Shown here: in pieces, positions 40,281-53,502 of the stretch
Layout: every line of letters starts with the position of its first letter
How positions within the stretch are numbered: the stretch's first letter is position 1
Origin: Felis catus
Lineage: Eukaryota
DNA length: 64,000 nt
Direction: 5' to 3'
NCBI RefSeq assembly: GCF_018350175.1
Contig: NC_058368.1
Coordinates: forward strand, 119,228,001 to 119,292,000
The notes under the pieces: generated by a model
Told to the model about the DNA's origin: nothing
Seen by the model: only the letters and a program-made list of their open reading frames with translations
The model's database searches: none
Translations under genes and position numbers: made by a program

Positions 40281-40386
40281 TAAATAAATACATAAATACA
40301 TAAATACATAAATACATAAATACATAAATACATAAATACATAAATACATAAATACATAAATACATAAATACATAAATACATAAATA
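40281..40386. repeat. (ACATAAAT)n octamer repeat in the L1-B inter-ORF spacer
   Basis: About 12 perfect units; copy A has plain (AAAT)n at 9711-9748. Confidence 0.97.
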
Positions 40387-42700
40387 CCAAAAGCAACAAA
40401 GATTAGAAAGGACCAGAGAACACCACCAGAAACTCCAACTCTACAAGCCACATAATGGCAATAAATTCATATCTTTCAGTACTCACTCTAAACACCAATG
40501 GACTCAACGCTCCAATCAAAAGACATAGGGTAACAGAATGGATAAGAAAACAAGATCCATCTATATGCTATTTACAAGAGACCCACTGTAGACCTAAGGA
40601 CACCTTCAGATTGAAACTAAGGGGATGAAGAACCATCTATCGTGCTAATGGTCAAAAAAAAAAGAAAAAGAAAAGAAAAAGAAAGAAAGCTGGAGTAGCC
40701 ATACTTAGACAATCTAGACTTTAAAATAAAGACTGTATCAAGAGATGAAGCATGGCATTATATCATAATTAAGGGGACTATCCACCAAGACAACCTAACA
40801 ATTGTAAACATTTATGCACCAAATGTGAAAGCACCTATTTAAATCAATTAATCACAAACATGAAGAAACTCATTGATAGCAATACCATAATAGGAAGAAA
40901 CTTCAACACCCCACTCATAGCAATGGAAAGATCATCTAATCAAAATATCAACAAGGAAACAATGGCTTTGAATGACACACTGGACCAGATGGACTTAACA
41001 GATATATTCAGAACATTTCATCCTAAAGCAGCAGAATATACATTTTTCTCCAATGCACATGGAACATTCTCCAGAATAGACCACATACTGGGACACAAAT
41101 CAGCCATCAGCAATACAAAAAGATTGAGATCATACCGTGGATATTTTCAGACCACAAAGCTGTGAAACTTGCAATCAACCACATGAAAAAAAAATTTGGG
41201 AAGGTAACAAATACTTGGAGACTGAAGAACATCCTACTAAAGAATGAATGGGCTAACCAAGAAGTTAAAGAGCCAACGAAATGGATGCCAGTGAAAATGA
41301 TAACACCACAAGCCAAAGCTTCTGGGATGTAGCAAAGGCAGTCATAAGAGGAAAAAAACCAGCACCCAGGCCTTCCTAAAGAAGGAAGAAAGTTCTCAGA
41401 TACACAACATATCCTTATGCCTTAAAGAGCTGGAAAAAGAACAGTGAAGAAAACCCAAAATTGGAAAAAGACAGGAAATAATAAAGATTAGAGCAAAAAT
41501 TAATGCTATCGAAACCAAAACAAACAAACAAACAAACAAACAAAAACAAAAAACCAGTAGAACAGATCAATGAAAGCAGAAACTGGTTCTTTGAAAGAAT
41601 TAAAAAAATTGATAAACCACTAGCCGGTTTGATCAAAAAGAAAAAGGAAAGGACCCAAATAAATAAAATCAAGAATAAAAGAGATCACAACCCCAACAGC
41701 AGAAATAAAAAAAAAATAGTAAGAGAATATTATGAGCAATTATATGCCAATAAAATGGGCAATCCGGATGAAATGGACAAATTGCTAGAAACATATACAC
41801 TACCAAAATTGAAACAGGAAGGAATAGAAAATTTGAACAGACCCATAACCAGCAAAAATCAAATCAGTAGTCAAAAATCTCCAAAAAAAAAAAAAACCCA
41901 AGAGTCCAGGGCCAGATTACTTTCCAGGGGAATCTACCAAACACTTAAGGAAGAGTTAACACCATTCTCTTGAAGATGTTCCAAAAAATAGTAATAGAAG
42001 GAAAACTTCCAAACTAACTCTATGAAGCCAGCATTACCTTGATTCCAAAATCAGATAGAGACCCCACAAAAATGGAGAACTCTAGACCAATTCCCTGATG
42101 AAAGTGGGTGCAAAAATCCTCAACAAGACATTAGCCAACCGGATCCAACAATACATTAAAAAAATTATTCACCACGACCAAGTGGGATTTATACCTGGGA
42201 TGCAGGGCTGGTTCAATATCTCCAAAACAATTAGAATGATTCAACACATCAATAAAAGAAAGGACAAGAATCATATGATCCTCTCAGTAGATGAGGAGAA
42301 AGCATTTGACAAAATACAGCATCCTTTCTTGATAAAAACCCTCAAGAAAGTAGGGATAGAGTATCATACCTCGAGATCATAAAAGCCATGTATAAACGAC
42401 CCAATGCTAATATCATCCTCAATGGGGAAAAAATGAGAGCATTCCCCCTAAGGTCAGGAAAAAGACAGGGGTGTCCACTCTCACCACTGTTACTTAATGT
42501 AGTATTGGAAGCCTTAGCCTCTGCAATTAGACTACACAAAGAAATAAAAGGCATCCAAATAGGCCAGGAAGAGGTCAAACTTTCACTCTTCACAGATGAC
42601 ATGATACTCTCTATGGAAAACCCTAAAAATTCCACCAAAAAACTGCTAGAACTGATTCATGAATTCAGCAACGTTGCAGGATATAAAATCAACACACAGA

Positions 42701-42925
42701 GGGGCACCTGGGTGGCGCAGTCGGTTAAGCGTCCGACTTCAGTCAGGTCACGATCTCGCGGTCCATGAGTTCGAGCCCTGCGTCAGGCTCTGGGCTGATG
42801 GCTCAGAGCCTGGAGCCTGTTTCCGATTCTGTGTCTCCCTCTCTCTCTGCCCCTCCCCCGTTCATGCTCTGTCTCTCTCTGTCCCAAAAATAAAAAAAAT
42901 AAACATTGAAAAAAAAATTAAAAAA
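42701..42925 (+). mobile_element. Young feline CAN-SINE (SINEC_Fc-like) inserted in ORF2 of L1 copy B
   Basis: ggggcacctgggtggcgcagtcggttaagc head, B box gagttcgagcc, CT tract and A tail. Perfect 16-bp TSD aaaatcaacacacaga at 42685-42700 and 42926-42941. Confidence 0.97.
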
Positions 42926-43748
42926 AAAATCAACACACAGAAATTGGTTGCATTCGAATACACCAACAATGAGGCAGTAGAAGGAGAAATCAAGGAATTG
43001 ATCCCATTTACATTAGCAACAAAACCATAATATAGCTAAGGAATAAATCTAACTAAAGAGGTGAAAAATCTATACACTGAAAACTATAGAAAGCTTATGA
43101 AAGAAATTGAAGAAGACACCAAAAAGTGGAAAATGATTCCATGCTCCTAGATAGGAAGAACACATTTTGTTAAATGTTGATACTACCAAAAGCAATCTAC
43201 ATATTCAATGCAATCCCTATCAAAATAACACCAGCTTTCTTCACAGAGCTAGAAAAAACAACCGTACAACTTGTATGAAACTAGAAAAGACCCCGAATAG
43301 CCAAAGCAATCTTGAAAAAGAAAACCAAAGCAGGAGGCATCATGATCCCAGACTTCAAGCTATACTACAAAGCTGTATTCATCAAGATAGTATGGTACTG
43401 GCACAAGAACAGACATGCAAATCAATGGAAGAGAAAAGATAATCCAGAAATGGACCCACAAACGTATGGCCCACTAATCTTTGACAAAGCAGGAAAGAAT
43501 ATCCAATGGAATCAAGACAATCTCTTCAGCAAGTGGTGCTGGGAAAACTGGACAGCGACATGCAGAAGAATGAACCTGGACCACTTTCTTACACCATGCA
43601 CAAAAATAAACTTAAAATGGATGAAAGACCTAAATGTAAGAGAGGAAGCCATCAAAATCCTCAAGGAGAAAGCAGGCAAAAACCTCTTTGACCTTGGCCA
43701 CAGCAACTTCTTACTCAACATGCCTCCGGAGGCAAGGGAAACAAAAGC

Positions 43749-43813
43749 AAAATAAAAATAAAAATAAAAATAAAAATAAAAATAAAAATAAAAATAAAAA
43801 TAAAAATAAAAAT
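43749..43813. repeat. (AAAAAT)10 microsatellite inside L1-B ORF2
   Basis: Directly visible, at the same L1 position as in copy A. Confidence 0.98.
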
Positions 43814-45588
43814 CTTCTGCACAGCGAAGGAAACAATCAGCAAAACTAAAAGGCAACCGACAGAATGGGAGAAGATATTTGCAAATGACATATCAGATGA
43901 AGGATTAGAATCTATAAAGAACTTATCAAACTTAACGCCCAAAACACAAAGAATCCAGTGAAGAAATGGGCAAAAGACATGAATAGACACTTTTCCAAAG
44001 AAGACATCCAGATGGCCAAACGACACATGAAAAATGCTCAACATCACTCATCATCAGGGAAATACAAATTAAAATCACAGTGAGATACCACCTCACACCT
44101 GTCAGAGTGGCTAACATTAATAACTCAGGAAACAACAGATGTTGGAAGGATTCGGAGAAAGAGGATTTCTTCTGCATTGTTGGTGGGAATGCAAGCTGGG
44201 ACAGCCACTCTGGAAAAGAGTATGGAGGTTCCTCAAAAAACTAAAAATAGAACTACCCTATGACCCAGCAATTGCACTACTAGGTATTTATCCAAGGGAT
44301 ACAGATGTGCTGTTTCGAAGGGACACATGCACCCCAATGTTTATAGCAGCACTATCAACAATAGCCAAAGTATGGAAAGAGCCCAAATGTCCACTGATGG
44401 ATGAATGGATAAAGAAGATGTGGTACATATCTACAATGGAGTATTACTCGGCAATCCAAAAGAATGAAATCTTGCCATTTGCAACTACGTGGATGGAACT
44501 GGAGGGTATTATGCTAAGTGAAATTAGTCAGTCAGAGAAAGACAAATATCTAATGACTTCACTCATAGGAGGACTTTAAGAGACAAAACAGATGAACATA
44601 AGGGATGGAAACAAAAATAATATAAAAACAGGGAGGGGGACAAAACAAAAGAGACTCATAAATATGGAGAACAAACAGAGGGTTACTGGAGGGGGTGTGG
44701 GAGGGGTTATGGGCTAAAGGGGTAAGGGGCATTAAGGAATGTACTCCTGAAATCATTGTTGCACTATATGCTAATTTGGATGGAAATTAAAAAAAAATGA
44801 AGGCATGGAGTAAAACTACAAAAGCAAAGACCATGGGGTGGGCAGGTACACAGTGGATGACTTGATCTCCATGTTTGTAGAGGAAGCCACAGAATTTCTG
44901 GAAACAACACAGTTGAGCCCTGTGTTGCGAGCAAATTCCTGCTTCCTCTGTGCCTCAGTGTTCACATCTTTTAAATGGGCCCTGTGATGTACTAGTACAC
45001 TGCCTCCCATATTCCAGTCCTTCTACCTGTGTAGGAGCAGATTGCTAACCAAGACTGAGAGTCTAGGAGAAGTTTACATTGTGGTCCAAGCTGTGAAATG
45101 TGGTTTCAGTGGCAGGACCTCTTGGGAGACACCTGTGGCCAAAAGGTTTTCTGCTTTGTATACACTGGAGCTCATTTATGTGTGTAGGTGTGATGACTCA
45201 GTTATGTATGTACAGTGCTGTTTAGCTCTCTTTCCATGGGTTTTAAAGCTAAGTATTTGAAAGGACAATTTCTTAGTTAATGTGTTCTCCCTCCATACTG
45301 AGCTCTTAAGAATCTGGCCTGGTGCTCCTATGTTTTCGTGGTATGGCTTTAAAGAGATCACCAGAAGATCATCGAAAGCTGCTCTTGGGTACACATCCCC
45401 TGATCAGTGATTCTGAGATTTGGGTGAATACAAAGGTCATATTGGACAAGTAATCTTACTGATCAGCTGAACTTCATTCAAATGACAAGACAGGTTGGGA
45501 GGAAGGATTTGAAAAAATGTTAACATGCCATGTGACACTTTAGCTGAGCTTCAAGTCCCATGAAGGTATAGATCAGAGCTGTGTGCAC

Positions 45589-45788
45589 CAGGGGTTGGCA
45601 GACCATCGCCCATGAGCCAAACCATCTGTTTGTGTATGGTTTACAAACGAAGAATAGTTTTACATTTTGAATGGCCACGTTTTATATGGGTATATAAATA
45701 CTTACCTAATACCTTTGATTTTAGCTCCTTGCCTGAAAAAGCTACAGTGACTATTTGATCCTTGGAGAAAAAGTTTGCCAAAACCCTG
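45589..45788. mobile_element. hAT-Charlie MITE (MER58-like)
   Basis: TIRs caggggttggca / tgccaaaaccctg. Confidence 0.75.
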
Positions 45789-47608
45789 CTTTCAACCATT
45801 TTAACATCACAGTCTGGCACGATGCCTGTTATGAGCATTAGGTTGAACTGATATGTATTGAATTCAAATATCCAAAATTCAGTTTTGACTATGGTTCAGT
45901 GCCACAGTCCATGTACCCTACATGAACCATCTGCCCCAACTTGGCCAATGATACACAGGGAACTTTTGCAGATGCTTATGGGCAAGAGCTTTCCAATGAA
46001 ATGACTGCATGAATGAGGCCCAGAACTACTACTAATGAAACAAACAAGAGGAGAATGGGGCCAAAAAGGTAACAAGGAAAGGGTACTCCTTGATCAAGGC
46101 AACTCTACCTCTGGTTCTCTTGTCAAATGAGCTAATCAATAGGTCTCTGTAAAATAATTATTAGTTGCTTATTTTATGGCAGGCATTGGGTAAGTGTTTC
46201 ATGGACTTTATCTCATGTTATCTTTAAAATAACCTGTGGTATACTTCCATTTGTTTATAAGGAAACCGAGACTCAAGATTTAAAAAAAATCACCTTATAG
46301 CTAGTCAGTGACAGAGATATGATCCGCACTCTGGTTCTACCTTACTCAGTTCTCTGTTCTTCATATTCGATATTGTGGCTTTCAACTATGTAAACTGCTC
46401 TACGCACAACACTAGAGAATATGCTCAGAAGGAGAGGCTTTCACAATTTCTTTGCACTTAGCAAATTGAGAACAAAATATTTTCCTCAATGTTCTTAGTT
46501 ATAAACCAACAGTATTAAAATTGTTTTCTCATTACATGCTCTGTACAGGACCTTTATTTTTTTAAAACATAAAGACAGAATATCTTTTATTAATAGAGTC
46601 AGGTAGTTATACAGCTCTTAAGGTGTCAGGCATCTTGATGATTTTTGGTACACTGTAAAAAGTTTTATTACCATTTAAGCACTTGGACACACATGCTTTC
46701 TACAGATGAAAACCCGTGCTGGGGAGGTTATTTTACTAAAAACAATGATGTCTTTTAAAAACCCATTTCTGTGCATTTATTATATTGAATATTAAAGTTA
46801 CTTTGTTTTCTTGGGCAAACACAAATAAGAAATGTCACACCGTCAAGTTAATTCCCGGGAAATGCTTTGGCACTTTCATTGTGAATAAGCTCTTTCAAAT
46901 GATGAGGGTGGCATTTGGTAATTTCCTGCTGAAGCAGGCACCAAGTGGCATTCTGAGGATGGAAAAAAAGGGTTTTCTCTGGGAGAATCTGGCTGATCAA
47001 CATACCTTGTAAACCACGGGAGGGAGGTGAAAAAAATGGCTGTCACCTCAGAGTGACTGATCAATGACACCCAACACCAAATGCTTTGATTTTCTACACA
47101 CCAAATTCAGGCAGAACAGCTCGATCAGAAGTGTGCTAAGTGGAGCCAGAATTTGTCTTTTGTTTTTGCATTGGAATGAAACTCTCATAGCCACATGGTA
47201 CTGAAATGTCATCGGGCATCTCTCTGGCTGGCTCGAGGGAGAGTTGGTGGTTTTCACCCAGTTCGCAGAGCACAGTGCTTCCCACACCAGAACTGTTCTG
47301 TGTTCAACTCAATTTTGCCAAACATAAAATAAGCACTGGTAAGAATACATTAACCTTAAGAGCTGAATAAATCAGTCAATGGCATTTATTTGTTGCCCAC
47401 TGTGTTTAGTCTTGGGGGTGTGTGTGTATGGAAAGTCACAATTAAAAGAGAACTCATGGGTTCTAGGTATGGAAGATTTCATGAGCAAAAATGCCAACTA
47501 TAAAATTTTAAAACCTGAAGAGAATTTAGAAAATCATTTTCGAAACTATTTTCTAGGGAACATAAGCTCTGTCTTCTGAGGTCAAATGGGTTTAAAAAGT
47601 GCTTTGTT

Positions 47609-47830
47609 GGGGGCACCTGGGTGGCTCAGTTGGTTAAGCATCTAACTTCAGCTCAGGTCATGATCTCATGGTTGGTGAGTTTGAGTCCCGCTTCGGGCTC
47701 TGTGCTGACAGCTCAGAACCTGGAGCCTGCTTCAGATTCTGTGTCTCCCTCTCTCTCTGACCCTGCCCCATTCATGCTCTGTCTCTGTCTCTCTCTCTGT
47801 CAAAAATAAATAAACATTAAAAACAATTAA
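47609..47830 (+). mobile_element. CAN-SINE (feline type)
   Basis: TSD aaaaag(t/g)gctttgtt at 47594-47608 and 47831-47845. Confidence 0.95.
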
Positions 47831-49997
47831 AAAAAGGGCTTTGTTAACAGGTTTATTCCTGCAGGACTTCATAGCACCTTGAACATGTTAATGCACATGA
47901 CAAATCTCCAAGTGTGGACTGTAACTGGTAGCATTCCCAGACTATTGGGACCAAATTTGGGAAATACTGCCTAGAAATTGTTAGTTGATGTTCATCACTT
48001 TATAAATGAAGCTAATGAGGTAAGGTGACTTATCCAACATCACACGACTCATTATTGGTCGACAGGAGCAGGACTTAACTCTTTTCAGTTTGCATCTAGT
48101 GTTCTCCAGTTGACCCTGCTTTATGACGTGGTTTCATACAGTATGCATTTTTGAACAGCCGCTCCTTCTCTCACTGAATCAACTGGATGTATCAGCAGGC
48201 AACAGATGAGGGTAGTGAAGGAAGATGAAAGATTTAGACAATAAGAGCTCTGGCCTTGAATCTCCCTCTGCTTCTTGGGAATGGTTTGCCAACTTATTCT
48301 CTTTGAGCCCCAGTTTCTTCGCCTGACTAATGGTTAACAAAGGCAGCTATCTGGCTGAATCTGGCAGGTGGAGGCCAGATTATCTAGATCTTATGAGCTC
48401 TATGAGATGAATCTTACTGCAAAGGCAATGAAACCCACTGGAAGAGTTAAGAAGGTCAGGGTTGTGAGTGCATCCAGAATGGAAGATCTTTGAGGAAGAG
48501 GGTTCCTTTTCCTCATAGCACCTGTTCCAATGCATTATACTAAATCAATGTTTCATAGATAACAAATGGCAACACAACACAAAACGTGCATAGAAACATT
48601 AACAGCTTTCCCATGCTGCACATACAAATCTGCCTTCAATGGTTTCTGTTTGCTGCGAAAAACTATGTATTTCGAATAGGAAGAACTCTCTATTTCATGT
48701 TTTACTTTGTATTGGAATTGAAAACATCAGCATGTTGAAAAATAATCTGTCTGCTTAACTGGCTTGGCCCAGGAAGGTAATTTATAAGGTTTAATAATAT
48801 TGCTAAAGGTGATTCCACTTTCCTAAGATGGGTTGCTTTTCCGGGGCTTTGGCAGGTTACCCATTTTATAGACTTTTAGGTCAGAAGCATCAACCTCCCC
48901 AGGACTGGATATAGAGTTGCTTGGTTACCTCGTTTGAAGGATGGGAAAAATAAATTTACATGCCAGGAATTTCATAAGGTCATTAATTTCACTCTGCCCC
49001 TCAAAATAAATATGCCAGCTTTAATTTTTCGTGCAACTGGTTTACCTACATCCAAGTCCATGCAGCCTTTCTTGGGAGACAGATATCTTAAATCAGAACA
49101 AGCTTGGTCCCACATAATTCCACAGAGCTGGGTTCCCAGCTCATCATGGCTGGCAACGCAGATAAAGAGCAAAAGTACAGAAGAGGGACTTTTATTTACT
49201 TTTGTTTGCCTTCAACACAATTTCCACAGGCAGTCATAACCGTTTACAGCTAGAAACGGTAATGACTCTACAACCATTCTGAAGCTTCCAAAATACTCTT
49301 ACAAATAAAAATAAATGATGCAATAAGTACAATAAGCCTTTGGGGAAACTAACCATAAAGGACACTGAAGTGCATACAAACATATGCAGCTCGACCCTGC
49401 CAAGAGCACATTCCTTTTGAAGACTAACCAAGGATCTTACACTTCAACAATCCAACTGTTACCAACAGACCTCAGTGCCACGAGAGGCTTTGTTGTTAAA
49501 CCACAATCTTTCATTGTCCCTTCAAGACATCCTGAAATATTCTCAACATCTGTAAGATGTACCACATTAAGCACAACAAAGGGAAAACAAACATGCTCCT
49601 GCAAACAACATTATGAAAAATAAGTACATGACACTGCGACTCTCCTAGTTTTAATTAAAGGGGAAGCCAAGGAAGGAAATTGATATTTTTAATTTGTTTT
49701 TTAAGTTTTGATGATGTGACCTAACTGGTATATGTTGTTAATGCTGTAATTAAAGTTATGCCAAATAGCCAAACACTGAAGTGTCAAGGAAAATGCCACG
49801 GAACAATTTTCTATAGAAAAAAGAAGCTTAATTAAAAGTGACTTAAATTTTCATCCTTTGGGAACCTAAATGTTAGAATTAATGGCTTTTGCAAGGTATG
49901 TATCTTTCAGATTTAAAAAAAGAAAAACTTTTTTAAGGAGTGGATTTGGGATTTTGTAAGTTGAGAGTACATGAGCTTTATAAAAAACTTGACTGTT

Positions 49998-50210
49998 GGG
50001 GTGCCTGGGTGGCTCAGTCGGTTAAGTGTCTGACTTCAGCTCAGGTCATGATCTCCTGGTCTGTGAGTTTGAGCCTTGCATCGGGCTCTGTGCTGACAGC
50101 TCGGAGCCTGGAGCCTGCTTCAGATTCTGTGTCTCCCTCTGTCTCTGCCCCTCCCCCACTCATGCTCTGTCTCTCTCTCTCTGTCAAAAATAAATAAACA
50201 TTAAAAAAAA
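49998..50210 (+). mobile_element. CAN-SINE (feline type)
   Basis: TSD core ttgactgtt at 49989-49997 and 50213-50221. Confidence 0.95.
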
Positions 50211-50349
50211 GTTTGACTGTTTTCTTGGAGTTGTAGATGTTTGCATAAAACTGACTTTATATGCCACACAGGCTAGCCGCGAATACTATTCATATAGCGA
50301 CTAAGTTTGTGCTGGCCATGTTCACCTCAAATCTTTGCATCCTGTTAGC

Positions 50350-50800
50350 CTGGGTGGCAGACAGACTCTAGAAGGTCTCCCCTGGCTCTCATCTTATACT
50401 GTTCCCGCCTTGGTGTATTTCCTTCCAAGTGAGCGTGGACAGAACTTGTGACTTACTGCTAAGCAATAAAATATGGCAAAGGTTACAGAAAATAAGTCAT
50501 TAAAATACCCTTGATTATGTCTGTTTTACAAGGAGCTCTCTCCCTTGCCGGCTTTGAAGAAGCAAGTTACTCTATGGTGTGAGCTGCCTGTGAAGAGGGC
50601 CATGAGGCAGTGAACTGAGGGAAAATGTCCCTGGATTCAGCCAGAAATTGAGGCCCTCATTCTGACAGCTGGCAAGGAACTGGATTCTGCCAAGAACCAT
50701 GTGAGCTTTGGAAGTGGATCCTTCTACAGTTTAACCTCTGAGGAGAACCCAGCCCTGGTCGACACCTAGACTGCAGCCATGCAGATGACCCAGTAAAGCC
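50350..50800 (+). mobile_element. MaLR LTR (MLT1E/F-like), 3'-truncated
   Basis: aatatggcaaagg, ggctttgaagaagcaag, caaggaactggattctgccaagaaccatgtgagc...ggaagtggatcct signatures. Confidence 0.8.
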
Positions 50801-51926
50801 TTAGGCCTTTTTAACGCTGTGGCATGGGAAGTCAATGGGAGCCCACTTTGCACTGACAGTGTACCCCCCAAAATTGTAGGGTGGTTAATACCAGTAGTGT
50901 TATCATTGAACAATGGGCAATGGAGGGTATGGTTGCATGCTTCTCCCCTTTCTCCTTCAGAAAGGCAAGAAAGTATCAGGGGTAGATAGACTAGCCTGTG
51001 CTAGGACCAGGCTAGATGCATGGAGACAGGTGGGACAGGGAAGCTTCCAAGCAGACACAACTTGGAAGCGAAGGCAAAGATGTCTGAGGGAGTGCAATTT
51101 GAGAGCAGTTTCTCAAACTTCTCTTGGGTACTTCACACTGCCATCCTTTTGGTGGATGCCTTATTCTACCCCTGCCAAGTGACCCTGTGCCCAGTGCCTT
51201 GGCACTCTTAAAGAGACCCAGCCTGCCTTGGCATCCTCTGGACCTCTGCTAGCCCATGAAAGCTTATTAGGGGGCATAGAGCATAGTAAGAAGGGTGCTG
51301 ACTCTGGGGTCAGACAGTCCTGGATTCACATTTCAATTCTACCACTTCAAGTCCAATGACCTTGTGTCAAGTGTTCAGCTCTTGTAAGAGGACCTCAGAG
51401 GGTTGTTGAGAAGATTTAACGAGACACTGACCATAGCGTATGGAGCTCCCTGCCTGGAATACAGTCTGTGCCAAATAAATGACAGTTACTATTATTATTT
51501 CCTGCTCCCAGGAAACTTTAGCCATTTATCTCCCGATGCTGGTAAATTCATGCACAAGAATGTGTTAAAGGATTATTTTACAAATACTCATGGGAGGAGC
51601 ATTTTTAAATGAACATTTAAAATCACCCATAGAGGTGATTCTCTAATGCAGGAAATGTCAAATGGGAGGGAAGTCCAGGGGGAGAAACAGTTCCTATTTT
51701 TTGTGATATACTGGGGACCAAGGGACACACTAAGTGCTGTTCATGTCTGCTCTAATTTAATCTCCAGGACCAATCTGTGCAGTAGGGCTCCCACTATTTC
51801 TCTGCAGATCCGACAACTGAGGTTTGGTAGATTATATCACTGGCCAAGTCACATGGCTCTCACTGTCCCTAGAGACTTTTCTATCATCTTCCCAAACGAG
51901 GTTTCTAAGGTTAAAGATCCCCCTGA

Positions 51927-52125
51927 GGGGCACCCGGGTAGCTCAGCCGGTTGAGTGTCCAACTTCAGCTCAGGTCATGATCTCACAGTTGGTGGTTTTG
52001 AGTCCTGTGTCAGGCTCTGAGCTGACAGCTCAGAGCCTGGAGCCTGCTTTGGATTCTGTGTCTCCCTCTCTCTCTGCTCTCCCTCGCTCATGTTCTGTCT
52101 CTCTCTCTCTCAAAAATAATAAAAA
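51927..52125 (+). mobile_element. CAN-SINE (feline type)
   Basis: Degenerate TSD aaa(g/t)atcccc(c/t)tga at 51913-51926 and 52126-52139. Confidence 0.93.
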
Positions 52126-53292
52126 AAATATCCCCTTGAATTATACTCATGATATCTGCACATGTGTGCACCATGGGGCAATCAGCTAGGCCATGTGAAT
52201 GCAGATGGAACTTTCCTTTTTATTGCAAGAGACTATGGAGTGCAGATTTAGGCATTCCTTGAAATATTACACAGTGTACAGTGTTTTGTGTGCACCTCAC
52301 TGCCTGCTCTCCAGTCTCCCAGGCCTCTCCTCTTCTACCACCCTGACCTGTCCCCCAAGTTCCTCCTCTAACGCTGTTGTGCAGGCCCAAAAATTGTTTG
52401 CCTGGTCAGTGCTTGAGAACTAACAAACAGGTTTGAAATTAGCAAACAGAATTTTAAAAATGTTATCCACAACTGCAAGAAAAACCCACAAAACATAACA
52501 ACAACAACAACAACAAAAAAAAAAAAAAAAAAGGAAAGAAAAGGCTGGTTTTCCCCAGGCTCACTCTGCCCAGGAAAGGTTATAGGAAGGTGAACAAAGC
52601 AAGTTACTTTGTCTTGACTTCAGGCACACAAGAGTATAAGTAACAGAAAGGAACAAGACTGAGATGTCCTCAGGGATAATGGAATTGGACGTGACGCTGG
52701 GACAAAGGAAGGGCGTATTTTAGAACTCAGTTGAATTGTTAGGCACAAAATAACCATCCATGTCAACTGACAAATCTGCAAGTAACTGAAGACTTCAGAG
52801 ACAAACAAAAGGATGATTTCCTTGTGCTCTTCCAAGTCAGCTGCAAATTTGGAGGAAAAGGGATGACAGGCAGCTGAATCTCCTGGAGGAAACAGAGAGC
52901 AACAGGGAGAAAGGAAGCAGGAGAGGGAAGAAGGAAATCTGGACTGCAAAGATGCTCTTTCGGTCAATAAGTATCCTACAAAATAGGGATAATAGGGGGG
53001 TATTAATAGTATTTACACCTTAGGGAATTGGATAAAGCCCTTGGTGTTTATCTGACACATAGTCAGAACCCCATAACTACTAATTATTTGTAACATTTAC
53101 TTATGCACCCTTTGCAAGGACGTCGGGAAGGTGGCAGAGATGAGAACTCAGTTCTGACCTTACAATCTTATGCAAGAGGGCAGAAGCGTGCAGAAATTCT
53201 GCTTTTGACTGCAGTTTTAAAGTATCACAAAATTGTACAGTTGCTCAAATAACAGAGCTCCCAAGTGATATTTACAGGCATTGTTGCTTTAA

Positions 53293-53502
53293 TTTTTTTT
53301 AATGTTTATTTATTCTTGAGACAGAGAGAGACAGAGCATGAAAGGGGGAGGGTCAGAAAGAGAGGGAGACACAGAATCAGAAGCAGGCTCCAGGCTCTGA
53401 GCTGTCAGCACAGAGCCGGACGCAGGGCTCGAACTCACAGACCGTGAGATCATGTCCTGAGCCGAAGTCAGAAGCCGAACCGACTGAGCCACCCAGGGAC
53501 CC
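53293..53502 (-). mobile_element. CAN-SINE (feline type)
   Basis: TSD gcattgtt(g/t)ctttaa at 53278-53292 and 53504-53518. Confidence 0.95.

Larger units (their letters stand above)
40455..44579 (+). pseudogene. L1 ORF2p remnant (copy B), interrupted by a SINE
   Basis: ORF-track fragments [46 protein letters not shown]. Confidence 0.95.
37702..44797 (+). mobile_element. Full-length LINE-1 copy B (carnivore/felid type), inactivated, carrying a nested SINE
   Basis: Same architecture as copy A. Perfect 13-bp TSD tgaaggcatggag at 37689-37701 and 44798-44810; short A tail. Confidence 0.97.

Noticed and set aside
42701..42790. tRNA gene suggested by A-box and B-box motifs
   Set aside because: It is the tRNA-derived head of a CAN-SINE, not a tRNA.
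6854..44810. Segmental or tandem duplication as the source of the two similar L1s
   Set aside because: Flanks are unrelated on both sides and each element has its own distinct TSD.
52560..52937. Possible minus-strand exon after a ~50-nt pyrimidine tract and CAG at 52883-52885
   Set aside because: No convincing donor at a plausible distance and no recognisable peptide.
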